DNA of 64,000 nucleotides from Paramoeba atlantica (lineage: Eukaryota; Protista; Discosea), in the NCBI GenBank assembly GCA_977017575.1, contig CDRNVI010000051.1, forward strand, positions 310,001-374,000, read 5' to 3'. Under the pieces are notes generated by a model. It was not told the DNA's origin and ran no database searches. It saw only the letters and a list, made by a program, of their open reading frames with translations. Shown here in pieces: positions 1 through 10,341 of this stretch (positions within the stretch are counted from its first letter, which is position 1; each line of letters opens with the position of its first letter). The position numbers and the translations under genes are program-made.

Positions 1-1754
1 TACGCACGCTGTCCTTGATAGGGCGTAATCACCGCGATGTCGGTGGGACTCACCCCACCCTTGAGGAGTCGGGAGACGCAGCTCTCGATGAGTGCCGTCT
101 CACCCTCATTCAGATACGACTCCTGGAGATTACAACGTACGTCACGGCCCTCACTGTGATAAAACAAAATCGGGGCTTCCCGATTGGGCCACGGGAAGTG
201 GGACCGGTTCGCACGATACGACACCGGCCAGTCCTTATTCTGAACCGACCCCCCATAGAAATGTTTCGAGGAAAACTTTGCAATCGCGGGGTGCATACGG
301 TATTGCACACGGAGCATATACGGGCGTACGCCTAACGCGATCAGACGCTCAAAAAGCGTCCCGCAAAGCCCCTCTTTTTTCGCCTTCTCGGAGAGGATCG
401 TGGGCCCCAGTTGTTTGTGGTCACCGACGAGAACCGTGTGACGGGTGCCGCGGACCAACGGGATCAGTGTCTCCGGTTCACACGCCTGCGTGGCCTCATC
501 GACCAGGACCTGGTGGAAACAAAACGTGGAGAGGCGTTTGTCTGCGGCCCCCATGCACGTAGTGCAGATCACACGTGCCTTGCGAAGAATCTCAACTTCA
601 AAAGGGAGACTCAGGTGTTGAATGCGTCGGCGTTGTCGGATGGTGGTATACTTCTTCCTTGCCTCTGCGAGATCTCGACACCGAGGGTCGGTTTTGATCA
701 TCTCATCAAGCCGTACGTGGAGGTCGTACGGGTGCTTCGGGGTTAGCGGACTCATTTCCCTCTTGCGGGAGTACAGCCGGACAACGCTAAGGCCACAGCT
801 GGAAATACGTTCCGCGATGTGATCCACCGTAACGTTACTGGGGGAGCACACCAGAATTTGGGAACGCACCGATTTTACCATTTGGTAGACTATGGTCGCA
901 CTGGTTGTCGTCTTGCCGGTCCCAGGCGGGCCTTGGATGAGGGTGAGACAACCCTGCAGCGCACTTTGAACGGCTTCCAATTGACTCTCGTTTAACGTTG
1001 GGAGCATTGGGGCGTCGACATGAACATTGTGACGGGACGGGGCGGGGAGGTATCGACTGATATTATTTCCCAGCAAAATTCTATAAATATATTCCGAAAA
1101 AGTGGTGAGATCGGGACCTAGGGCAAACGTCAGCAAGGCGTCGTTCATGCGCCGATAACAAGTGTCATCCCATGTCTTTTTACGGGTGACGGTCATGCGG
1201 CTCCGTGAGGGCTGTGCTCGAGTAGTACTTTCGTACAGCAATCTCACATTTAGCATTCCTGTCGTAGTGGAAGGTGAAATGTCTTTAATCACTGCCATTT
1301 CTTTAGTATAATTATTTACCTTTTGCACTTGAAGCTGTGACATACGATCGCACAGAAGATTCTCTCCCGAAAGGCTAGAAGCAGATGGTTTTCCAACCTC
1401 AGTTTCCTTCGCAAAGCTCTTTAGTAAATCCCCGCGCTGCATAGTGTTCACGTACGTTGTGACTCCACCCTTTTTTCGACGACGCCCCTGGCCTTGCAGA
1501 AGGGTGAATTGTGTGTTCTGATGCAAAGAAATCTGATCTCCGGCGACCAGGTGCATACCTCGAAGCAAGTGCTCCCAAACCTGAAAAGTGCCGTACGTGT
1601 CACCCTCATCATCAACCTTCCAGTTCACCGTAATCTCAGTCAATTGTTTCTTCGATTGCGAGTCGCGATTATGATTTTTTTCCAAATGCACTAAATCTCG
1701 ATAAACTAGTTGATATGCTCGCCCACTGTGGTAGCTCAATTCTGTTTTTGACAT
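1..1754 (-). CDS. UPF1: UPF1-like superfamily-1B RNA helicase; C-terminus runs off the window start; no N-terminal CH domain
   Basis: Manual minus-strand translation is open from ATG 1754 through all codons checked, down to about position 300. Motifs: LNESQLEAV, LIQGPPGTGKTTTSATIVY, ILVCSPSNVTVDHI, VLVDEATQACEPETLIPL, LVGDHKQLGP, TLFERL, LRVQYRMHP. In-frame stop upstream at 1842-1844. Confidence 0.9.
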   Translation of the reverse strand, partial: MSKTELSYHSGRAYQLVYRDLVHLEKNHNRDSQSKKQLTEITVNWKVDDEGDTYGTFQVWEHLLRGMHLVAGDQISLHQNTQFTLLQGQGRRRKKGGVTTYVNTMQRGDLLKSFAKETEVGKPSASSLSGENLLCDRMSQLQVQKVNNYTKEMAVIKDISPSTTTGMLNVRLLYESTTRAQPSRSRMTVTRKKTWDDTCYRRMNDALLTFALGPDLTTFSEYIYRILLGNNISRYLPAPSRHNVHVDAPMLPTLNESQLEAVQSALQGCLTLIQGPPGTGKTTTSATIVYQMVKSVRSQILVCSPSNVTVDHIAERISSCGLSVVRLYSRKREMSPLTPKHPYDLHVRLDEMIKTDPRCRDLAEARKKYTTIRQRRRIQHLSLPFEVEILRKARVICTTCMGAADKRLSTFCFHQVLVDEATQACEPETLIPLVRGTRHTVLVGDHKQLGPTILSEKAKKEGLCGTLFERLIALGVRPYMLRVQYRMHPAIAKFSSKHFYGGSVQNKDWPVSYRANRSHFPWPNREAPILFYHSEGRDVRCNLQESYLNEGETALIESCVSRLLKGGVSPTDIAVITPYQGQRA

Positions 1755-1789
1755 ATATTTTGTATACGGTGTATGATATACCTCGTAGT

Positions 1790-1841
1790 TTTTTTTGAAA
1801 AATGAGTGCAGATGTGGTAAAAGGATGAGAACGAAAGAATC
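1790..1841 (-). promoter_or_regulatory. Polypyrimidine tract upstream of UPF1 (candidate trans-splice acceptor region)
   Basis: Minus strand reads ttctttcgttctcatccttttaccacatctgcactcatttttc, followed by an AG before the ATG. Confidence 0.45.
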
Positions 1842-1888
1842 TTAAACACAACTTGAAGCACATACAGGGGTGTAAATTTGGATGTGGA

Positions 1889-1994
1889 AAATTTATAAAA
1901 CTTGACCAAGTTTAGAACATAATAGCGCATTCGAGAGCTCTCGAACAGGACGCATGAACGTGCATGTACGGCATCTACGTTAAGTAGATTTTCG
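1889..1994. repeat. Dispersed repeat of about 105 bp (second copy 11640-11745) containing the palindrome TTCGAGAGCTCTCGAA
   Basis: atagcgcattcgagagctctcgaacagg..catgaacgtgca versus atagcgcattcgagatctctcgaacagg..catgaacgtgca; perfect 16-bp palindrome at 1930-1945. Confidence 0.8.
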
Positions 1995-3424
1995 GGAGCA
2001 CATAAAAATACTTAGTTTTTTGGGAGACATTTTTTTCACAATTTTTGAGATTTTCCCCCTGATTCATGCTACAAAGACGGGGTTGTGGACGATCGCCCGA
2101 ACACAAAGACTACAAAAGGGCTCAGGCTTTGCCTGGGCACGTAACAGCAAGCCGGCGCATGCTTCTTCTTACCGACTACGAAACAACATAATCTTTATAC
2201 TGTCCACGTGTATTTATTATTGTGCCCTTCACTCATAGAGCCGCAAATTTTGGCAAAACGGCATAAGTGGGGGGTACTCGAATTGCGAAAATAGATTTTC
2301 ATCAAAAACAACTTATTTGCGGCCTTTCAATTTCGAAATAAACGTGGTAAAACGTAGTTTCTGTGACTATAAGTAGAAAGTTCTAGGCTAGTGAGTATGC
2401 TACTCGCACATCAAGAAAAGAATGTACATTTGCTCAATTTTTATCTCACACCTCAAAAACAAATGAAATCCGGAAAAACTGCACTATACTGTATGTGGGG
2501 GGACCCTGCGGCACTATATGTGGGGGTTCCAAATCTCTAAGGGAACGTTTTAACACAAGGACCTTAGATGAAGAACAGATACAGCCATCACGGGGGAGTA
2601 TAAATTCTTCACCCCAGGAACGTGCATCAAAAGAAATTGATACTGACAGCAAGCGTTCAAGGAATGTAGAATCACGTTGTGCTGCAACACAAAAAAGGTA
2701 TAAAGATTTACGTAGCGAGGCTACGGCGCCTCGAGTTGCCCCAGTAAAGGTCGATAAGAGCATACGCCTCGGAACTCCATAGAGGAAAAGAATACACTCC
2801 TCAAGCGAAGGTAACGACAATGAAAAGCAAAAAGTGCTTAAACAGAAAGCAGTCGCCAAATCGACAATCACAAAAGAAGGAAAATACACAACAAAAAGTA
2901 CACGAACTACAAAGAAAAAGAAGGAATAGAGCATAATTCCCACATAAAACGATCAATAGCTAGATGAAATACATCAGTGACGGGAGGCTTAACAACTACA
3001 ATTACTATTATATCTTTGCGCGCTTATTAGAAAATGGGACAATCCCGAAGCTGACAGGATTGCGACGATTTAAATCCGGATATTTTAGCCAAGTACTGAA
3101 ATCTCATACTCACAAACAATTGATTAGGATTTATGAACTTCTAAAATAAAACGTTTTTGAAAAATTTCCGTAAATAATCCCCCCACAACGAAAAGTCACC
3201 CCCTTCTAACTTTTCAGCCAAGTGTCCGTTTGAGCTCATTTTTGTTGCATTTTGCTGTTCCCAACACAAAGACTTTGCGCGTTATAGCATGGAACCAAGG
3301 TTCTCAAATGCGTGCATCCCATAGATGGATTATCACTTTCTTCACATTTTTCAAGAGACCAATTTCTCACACTTTAACAAAATAAATCTTCTCCTCCCAT
3401 GAGAAATTCAATTATTTTCCCAAC

Positions 3425-3841
3425 CGAGAGTTGTGGGAGAGGGTAAAAATGGAATGGGCGAACATACCACCCTCAGTATGTCGTGCCCAGGTGGACAGTA
3501 TGCCTTCCCGTATGAAGGCAGTGCTGAAGGCTCGTGGGGGGAATACTAAATACTAATTTTACGGGCATAATCTCTCTTGGGCGATTACGTTTCATCTATT
3601 TTTTGGGACAAGATTTTCTCTATAATAGGTAGCAAAAAAACCTTTCGAATGCTAAACTTTTTTATATTCATTCTTATTTCTTTGGTAGAACGAACTGAGG
3701 CGAACTATCTACGGGTACTATTAGGTGACACTCATGCCTACACTACTAGCACACATTACCAGCGCAACGGTGATATTTAATCAATAGCTCTATACAAAAG
3801 AAAAAAAAACCGAAACATTCGAACGGTTTTTTTGCTGACTG
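3425..3841 (+). mobile_element. 3' end of a Tc1-family DNA transposon (transposase C-terminus plus right TIR)
   Basis: 3428-3556 translates ELWERVKMEWANIPPSVCRAQVDSMPSRMKAVLKARGGNTKY*, a typical Tc1 C-terminus. The element ends ...gctgactg|TA at 3841-3843. Confidence 0.85.
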
Positions 3842-3911
3842 TACAACCGAACACAATTTTTTTCCATCTTAGGACTTAAAGCATGTACAAATATTCATCA
3901 TTTCTATCATA

Positions 3912-4222
3912 CTGTGACCCACCCTTTATACTTCGCCCATTTCGAGCTGTAACGAAGTATAAACGGGGGGTCTGAACTTTTTCCCCGCTGTAAAAAAAGG
4001 CCGCACCGCTTCGCTGCGGGGCTCATCCAGTTTTCCTGCCTTTCCATTGTATCACCTTCCATCTCATGCGAAGACTTAGAACATTTTTGTTTTTTTTCAA
4101 AAAATTTAGAGAATTTACAAATTGTTTTTAAAAACAATCGTCCCCCTTCGGGGGGCGCACACGAAAAACGAAGTATAAAGGGGGGGTCTGACCAGCGAAG
4201 TATAAATGGGGGGGGGTCACAG
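3912..4222. mobile_element. MITE of about 311 bp with CTGTGACCC..TTTATACTTCG termini
   Basis: Left TA|ctgtgacccaccctttatacttcgc; right gcgaagtataaatgggggggggtcacag|tg; internal cgaagtataaa(c/g)ggggggtctga repeats. Confidence 0.75.
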
Positions 4223-4250
4223 TGTATTAGAGGATGACATTTGACTTGGA

Positions 4251-5216
4251 TCACGCATCACTCTTGTCAGATTTAGCTGAGATGAAAGTAGCATACGTTT
4301 GTGGGGTATACCGGTTAACGGAACTGTCTATATTATGATACGCACCCTGACTGGTCTGAGGTATCAATGCTTTGTAGATCACCGCCTCAATCGGATTGTG
4401 GGAAAGGTTAATGTCTATCTCTTCTAGACCATTTCCTGTCAGATCCACGACTCCACTGATTTTATTATTTGAAACATCTAAGGCTTTCAAACCCCCACGA
4501 GAAGACGAAATGTTTATAACACTCTCAAATAAATTCCCTTCAAATTCTAGCTGGCACAGTGCTTTTGGGAGATTGTCAAGATTAAGTACACCACTTAATT
4601 GATTATTGTTCAAGTTAATATGGTAGAGAGTGGCGGGTAACGAAGAAAGATCAATCGTACCCTGAAACTGGTTGTAACCGGCATTAAAGCTGTTTATATT
4701 CGGGGGTAACTCAGTGAGGTCGACCGGGCCTCGCAGACGATTTTTGTGTATAATAAAATCTGCCATAGAGGCGGGAAGTGCAGTGAAATCGAATACACCT
4801 TCATGGAGGTGCCCCGCAACGTTCAACAGTCTCAATGGAGCAGTCAAATCTGTAGAGGACAATGTCCCAGTGAGTCCTGCTTTCTTCTGATGACAGGGCG
4901 CCATAACCAATGTAACGTGGGGAGGTAGAAAATTCCATGTCACGTTCCCGGAAAGTCCGATTGCATTCCACCAGAGTTGTGTGACTTGTGATTCACGGTT
5001 GCACGATACTCCTTTCCAAGAACATGCGGACTTCCTCTTCCACGAGGGAGGGGGGTCGTCAACATGCTGGACGAGCCGACGCATCATGTCGATCTCCGAC
5101 ATTGTAACTGGGCTAACTTTGCTTCCAAATTTTCGTCTCTTTTGAGCAGGTTGCTCTGGGGGTCTGTCTGCTGCGAAAATAAAACAAACAGGTAGCAGGC
5201 TAAACGTTGTGGCCAT
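4251..5216 (-). CDS. Leucine-rich repeat protein, 321 aa
   Basis: ACSWKGVSC cap followed by LxxLxLxxNxFxGxxDLTxLP-type repeats. Confidence 0.9.
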   Translation of the reverse strand: MATTFSLLPVCFIFAADRPPEQPAQKRRKFGSKVSPVTMSEIDMMRRLVQHVDDPPPSWKRKSACSWKGVSCNRESQVTQLWWNAIGLSGNVTWNFLPPHVTLVMAPCHQKKAGLTGTLSSTDLTAPLRLLNVAGHLHEGVFDFTALPASMADFIIHKNRLRGPVDLTELPPNINSFNAGYNQFQGTIDLSSLPATLYHINLNNNQLSGVLNLDNLPKALCQLEFEGNLFESVINISSSRGGLKALDVSNNKISGVVDLTGNGLEEIDINLSHNPIEAVIYKALIPQTSQGAYHNIDSSVNRYTPQTYATFISAKSDKSDA

Positions 5217-5639
5217 ATTATGAGTAAGAAAAGAATATACTATTTTCGTACAAAAAATTATTTTACATGAAAGAGATAATTCGCTTTGCCCCAGAGAGTC
5301 ACATTCGTATTATTTTCATTCGTGCCTTCTTTCGATATCCCGTAAATAATATTCCCCGTCATTAAATTACACGTCAATACATCTAGTGCTGTAACAGGGA
5401 ACAAGTTCTCGACGACGCCTGCCATCGCGTGATAACTGTCATGTATCCCTTCCTCCTTTTTGGCCCGATTACACGGCTGAACTGGTTTCCTGCTTCGCAC
5501 GATATCCTATCTACTCTTTCCGAAACCATTACCCCCCCGGAGGGGACGATGGAGAAGACAGGGAATCTGAACCGAACCCAGGTTCTACATGACTCGCCCT
5601 ACATGTAGGTTACACAGCACAACATCGCAAAAACGGTGG

Positions 5640-7283
5640 CTATGCGCGACGAACCAGCGAACCCATCAACATCCATATCTGGTACAGGCTGCAAAGAAAA
5701 TGCAGCGCACTAAGCGACCAGAGAGTGTAGATATCAAGCCGTCCCTCAAACTCAAAATGTGCAGCGCCAATGATCCAAGCCACCAAAGCGACCAACTTCG
5801 GCATGGAGCTTTTCACCACGAGTCGAACCGCATGTTTGTATATTCTCATTGCGTTAAGATTCTCTTGGATCGAATCTCTTCGTTTCGACAAATGCGTTTC
5901 GACAACGCATGTGGTGTACGGTATGATTAACGGGAAGACGCTGAGATACCAGACTGCATATTGCACTGTGTGGACTTTATTAAACGTAACGAACAGCAGC
6001 GCGGTAAAGAACAAGCCCACCGGGAGACGCGCTCGTAGGGAATAGAAAACAGTAAGGATACAAACGAGCTGTAGAAGAAGAGGAACGTGTTTGGCGATGG
6101 CATACATTTGTGCCTCGTGTACTTCTGAATTCACGTCCGGTCTTAAATAAAACATGAGAAAGTAGGGCGAAAGATTATGTCGGTGGTCAACGCGTGAGAA
6201 ATGGTAGAGCATGCCCTCATAGAGGGCCTGAAATCCAAAAGCGAGATAGCCGAGCAGAAGGGTGCATAGAAATGAAAAGGAGGCAGTGAGAAGAAAAACG
6301 GTCTTCGCCCGCAACCGCGGCAGCAGGGTGTCTGTATGAGGATGAAGTGACCCGAAAAGCAACAAGGGGGTAAAAAGAATAGGAAAGAGACGCAAATGCG
6401 TAGCAAGTCCAAACAGTGCCCCTGCAATCATCGGCCGACCCACACACAGGAAATACAGCGTAGATAACATCGGGAGAGCTGCGGTTAGACTGTCCGCATT
6501 CCCTCTTGTAGAGATATTCAACACGAGAGGGTGCAGTAAATACAGACTGGGGAGAAGCTGAGACAATGTGTTGTCGAGCTCTTGTTTCGTTGAGGGACGA
6601 GATCGGATGCGCGATTTCGAGTTCAAGCGAGGGGACTGAGCATGAAATATGATGCTCAGAATCTTTTGCAATAGCAAAGCTACAAGAATATCTGAAGCAC
6701 AAAAGATAAGCTTTCCCCACAGAGATGAAATGCCTAATAAGTGACCTGGGGCTGTGATGAGCGCAAGCAGGGAGGAGTAGCGGTACGTTACTCGTTGAAA
6801 TGGAGAGTGTTCCGGGAAATACGGTGCATTCTGAAAAATATCCTTAATCCTTCCATGAAATGTGTTCAAATGCTCACAACTTGTCTCTGGAAGAAATGTG
6901 TGACAGCACTGATCTGTAAATCGACTAAATTGTGTATACCACGAATCCAGAGCATGACTTGTACAGTTCAATATTTCATTGCTCTGCATGTAGGTCTGTA
7001 GCTGACGTTTTGATTTTTCCCTGTCGTTTTCCGATGAAATATTAAAGAACGGATATCTTGCATTTTTCTTTTCAGAGGGAGCTGTTAAATAAGAAGATCC
7101 TTGGTTTACGATATCATAATCAACATCCGTATAACGGGGCAGCCATCCGCTTGGATCATGAAGATAGGTCCCGTAGACTACTAAGAAAATTCGGATCAGA
7201 ATCGCGGAACGGAACAACAGAGAGGCATTGATGTCGCACCATGGTTTTTCAGTGCACTTTATCGATGCACTAGATGTTGGCAT
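5640..7283 (-). CDS. PIGM: GPI alpha-1,4-mannosyltransferase I (PIG-M/GPI14)
   Basis: RYTDVDY, PFQRVTYRYSSLLA, ISTRGNADS, YHFSRVDHRHNLSPYF, FVTFNKVHTVQYAVWYL; polytopic membrane protein. Confidence 0.93.
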   Translation of the reverse strand: MPTSSASIKCTEKPWCDINASLLFRSAILIRIFLVVYGTYLHDPSGWLPRYTDVDYDIVNQGSSYLTAPSEKKNARYPFFNISSENDREKSKRQLQTYMQSNEILNCTSHALDSWYTQFSRFTDQCCHTFLPETSCEHLNTFHGRIKDIFQNAPYFPEHSPFQRVTYRYSSLLALITAPGHLLGISSLWGKLIFCASDILVALLLQKILSIIFHAQSPRLNSKSRIRSRPSTKQELDNTLSQLLPSLYLLHPLVLNISTRGNADSLTAALPMLSTLYFLCVGRPMIAGALFGLATHLRLFPILFTPLLLFGSLHPHTDTLLPRLRAKTVFLLTASFSFLCTLLLGYLAFGFQALYEGMLYHFSRVDHRHNLSPYFLMFYLRPDVNSEVHEAQMYAIAKHVPLLLQLVCILTVFYSLRARLPVGLFFTALLFVTFNKVHTVQYAVWYLSVFPLIIPYTTCVVETHLSKRRDSIQENLNAMRIYKHAVRLVVKSSMPKLVALVAWIIGAAHFEFEGRLDIYTLWSLSALHFLCSLYQIWMLMGSLVRRA

Positions 7284-7450
7284 TCTCCGAGTTCAAAGTA
7301 GAAACGTAATTTCCTTAAAAAAGTAGATCTTTTGGAACGTAAAGACGTATTCACTTAAAAACATCAGAAACATGATTTTCTATTATTGGTCGTCATAATT
7401 TAAACCTCTAACCACCCTCTAAGACGTATCACACGCCATTGACGCCTCTC

Positions 7451-8488
7451 TCAAAGGGCTATCTCTCGTCGGTTCTTCTCTCGTTTGCGCTCCCACTCAA
7501 GTTCCATGTGCTTCCCTTGGCTAGGGTGACTATTTTGATAGGTATCCTTATACACATGCGTGAGGCGTAACGTAAACCGCGGCCCCAACTCTTGAATCGC
7601 CACCTCCTCCATATCCTTAAAAATATACCGATGGGCTCGGACAAAAATAAAGTCCCTTTTATGCAACATCGACACAATCGCGCGTCCTCGGAAATCCCGC
7701 GCAATCGGAAACATCGAGGACAGCATCCGCCCCACCCGCTTCCCCACTGCGGTATCAAAATTCCTCAAAAACAGCTCCGGGACATGCCCGGTACGCTCCC
7801 CCGCATTCTCAATCTCCTTGGCCAGTTGCAAACTACTGAGGCGAAATTTCATGGTCGGTCCCGTCGGGAGGTGACACAGGGTCATCCCGACGACCCGTCC
7901 ATGACTTTGGGACAAACTCACCACATGGGTGAAATGCGCCTTCCGCGCGTACCCACACACCTCACGCAGCGGGTACCGCCCCCGGGGGTAGTACTTCGCC
8001 CCGGGGAACAGCCACTTGAGCTCCGTGATGGCACGCTTGGTGCGCACACAGGGGGCGTAGCATGTGGTGAGCAACACTTTACGAGGGCTCCCCCCCGCGG
8101 GCTCTCCCGTAAAATGAGGGGTAAACTCATCCACGGGGGCTTTTGCGAGTTCCGTACTCTCCGCCGTACTGGGGATTACGTTTTGTTGATCCATGGTGGG
8201 ATCGGGTTCGCGGAAATCCTCCTGGGATTTCGGGACCGGTTTGGGACACTTTTCGGGTCCTTTTTTCTTTTCTTCTTTGCGTCGGGCCAGGCGACGGGCG
8301 CGCTTGGCCTCGGCCTTGGCCCCACGCAGGCGGTGGTAGGCCTCGGAGCGGGCGACGCGGTTACGTTGGGTGCGTAGCCGTCGGTCGCGTAGGGCCAGGG
8401 TGGAGGGGTCGAGGGCGTTGGGGGTTCGTGCGCGTTGGGGTTTGGATCCCGGTTTACGGGAGGAGGAGGAGGTTCGTTTTCGTTTCAT
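7451..8488 (-). CDS. RPF1: Brix-domain ribosome production factor 1
   Basis: Basic N-terminus, KVLLTT, HLPTGPTMKFRLSS, PELFLRNFDTAVG, HRYIF and IQELGPRFTLRL. Confidence 0.88.
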   Translation of the reverse strand: MKRKRTSSSSRKPGSKPQRARTPNALDPSTLALRDRRLRTQRNRVARSEAYHRLRGAKAEAKRARRLARRKEEKKKGPEKCPKPVPKSQEDFREPDPTMDQQNVIPSTAESTELAKAPVDEFTPHFTGEPAGGSPRKVLLTTCYAPCVRTKRAITELKWLFPGAKYYPRGRYPLREVCGYARKAHFTHVVSLSQSHGRVVGMTLCHLPTGPTMKFRLSSLQLAKEIENAGERTGHVPELFLRNFDTAVGKRVGRMLSSMFPIARDFRGRAIVSMLHKRDFIFVRAHRYIFKDMEEVAIQELGPRFTLRLTHVYKDTYQNSHPSQGKHMELEWERKREKNRREIAL

Positions 8489-8530
8489 GGGGGAGGAAGA
8501 GGTGAGAAAAGGAAGGAATTAAGGTGAAAT
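8489..8530 (-). promoter_or_regulatory. Polypyrimidine tract upstream of RPF1
   Basis: Plus strand is nearly pure purine (gggggaggaagaggtgagaaaaggaaggaa). Similar tracts at 10342-10460, 15114-15175 and 27843-27875. Confidence 0.45.
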
Positions 8531-8841
8531 GCTTTTTAGAAGGCGAAATAAAGGTGGAAATGGTGCACAAAAGAAGTGACTCGATGAATTCGTGGCGTTC
8601 ATGTTCAGTTTTAGATGCTGGATTATTACACTGAAAAGTGCTAAGACGGGGAAGGACTTATCTACATGTCTATTTTTGAGGCTACAGTAAAATCTATTTG
8701 CGTGAATCGAAGAAAGGCGTTAAACAAGTTCAAAACTTGGTAAAATACAGAGGTATTAGCCGATGATCAAATATCTTTCTCACCCAAGTGTGCAAACGCG
8801 GCACTTGTACTCCACTCCCTGATTGTCTTACAGCCCATGCA

Positions 8842-10341
8842 CTAGCTGATTGTAATCACGGGTGCCAGCTTTGAAGCCCGCACACGAGGCACAGGGACCT
8901 TCCTGACGCCTCCTACGTCAACCTCCTCGGTTGGTTTCGGGCGGCTGCTCACCTCTATTCTTGTCGTTTTCTTTGCTCGCGGCACCGCAGTCTCCTCTGT
9001 GGGTTCCGCTTTTGTGCCTACACGACAACGAGCCGCCAGTTCCTCTAAGAGTTTTGGGCGCAACCCACCCGTACCCTCCTGAGGACTGGAGCCTTGGCTC
9101 TGTAACACCCCCGGGGGACGTGTACGTTTTCCAAGCTGGATGGTCGGAAATAATTTAAGAAGAGGTTCTTTGGAGAATACCTCTCGATGAATTTTGACAA
9201 TGCGTGAACTGACAGTACCTGGGGTAAGGGAGAGAGTGACACATGCACAGGGCGGAAGCCAGGGGACGGAGGGAGCCATAGTACTGGGGGGAACAGAAGT
9301 TTTGGAGTGCTCTGCCTCTATCCGGTGGAAAAGTGTGTCTAAGCTATCCTGCGGGGCATCGGAGGGTAGAGGGGTGTACTGTTCCTCATGTCCACTGTCC
9401 ACGTTACCTTCCCTCTTCTCCCTTTTATCTCCGCGTGTGTCGAAAAAGATCGTCTGCTTCATTCGCTGTGCTTCCTCACTCATCGTTCCGCGCGCGCTCA
9501 GATAAATATCCCATACGGTCGTGAGATGCGGCATCACGTCCCAGATAAAAAAATTATACAACTCAAAGGTTAACACATCCACACAATGTCGTGTCAAGGT
9601 TTTTAGCACCACCTCGGAACTTCGCGTGAACTCCGCATTATGCATGTGGCCCATCACCGCGAGGAGGTACCCCTGGGCTTTACGATCCATCCCCAGGACC
9701 TCGGCCACAGCTTTTACATTCTTATCCGAGACCACTTCCTGAGCCAGGGCTCCAATTTGGATCGCATTCCAATGAGGGTACAGCCGAAACAGCAACAACG
9801 TAACCTCTCGTCGTAATACCGCCCTACCGCGGTATTCGTATACTTTCGAGATATTGGTTCCCGGGGTTCCCCTGGATACCGGGGTCCCCTTTGCGGTTTG
9901 GCTTTCCTTTCTTCCCCCCTCCCGCTCCTCCCCCCCCATCGGGAACACCTCCTGCCCGAGCAGCTGCTCCACCAGGGCCGCGAGCTGGTACCGCCGGGTC
10001 TCGTTCGGGAAGGTCCGTTCTTGCGCGAGCACGGAGGAGGAGATCCCCAGCGCGGCCTGCAGCCCGGTCTCCAGCAGGTGGCGGGACCGGGCGGGCTGGA
10101 AGGAGTGGAAGTGGGACCCGAGGGTGCGGAGCGCGATGTGGCGCGGGGTGAGCAGGTGGGGGACCCAGCGGGGGACGGGGAGACGGCACAGGATGCAGTG
10201 GGTACGGCGAAGGTCATGGGGGGTAGTAGGGGGTGAAGGAGAGGTGGGGGATAACGAGGAGGGCAGAGACAGGGGGGTGAGAGAGGAGGGGAAGGCAGAG
10301 CGGCGAAGATAGGGGGTTGGGGCGAAGAGGGCGGGTTTCAT
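8842..10341 (-). CDS. Hypothetical protein with a degenerate RNase III-like domain, possibly mitochondrial; start codon uncertain
   Basis: 499-aa ORF. YEYRGRAVLRREVTLLLFRLYPHW...LAQEVVSDKNVKAVAEVLGM aligns by eye to the RNase III LEFLGDAVL...LFERFP...LVSNESLA pattern. Confidence 0.6.
   Translation of the reverse strand: MKPALFAPTPYLRRSAFPSSLTPLSLPSSLSPTSPSPPTTPHDLRRTHCILCRLPVPRWVPHLLTPRHIALRTLGSHFHSFQPARSRHLLETGLQAALGISSSVLAQERTFPNETRRYQLAALVEQLLGQEVFPMGGEEREGGRKESQTAKGTPVSRGTPGTNISKVYEYRGRAVLRREVTLLLFRLYPHWNAIQIGALAQEVVSDKNVKAVAEVLGMDRKAQGYLLAVMGHMHNAEFTRSSEVVLKTLTRHCVDVLTFELYNFFIWDVMPHLTTVWDIYLSARGTMSEEAQRMKQTIFFDTRGDKREKREGNVDSGHEEQYTPLPSDAPQDSLDTLFHRIEAEHSKTSVPPSTMAPSVPWLPPCACVTLSLTPGTVSSRIVKIHREVFSKEPLLKLFPTIQLGKRTRPPGVLQSQGSSPQEGTGGLRPKLLEELAARCRVGTKAEPTEETAVPRAKKTTRIEVSSRPKPTEEVDVGGVRKVPVPRVRASKLAPVITIS

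Noticed and set aside
15-822. Plus-strand ORFs 15-335, 92-562, 411-746 and 622-822
   Set aside because: Antisense shadows of the UPF1 coding sequence.
7592-10312. Long plus-strand ORFs over RPF1 and the 499-aa gene; likewise 16150-16758, 26632-27645 and those within XPO1 and PDHB
   Set aside because: GC-rich antisense or alternate-frame shadows with no recognisable motifs.
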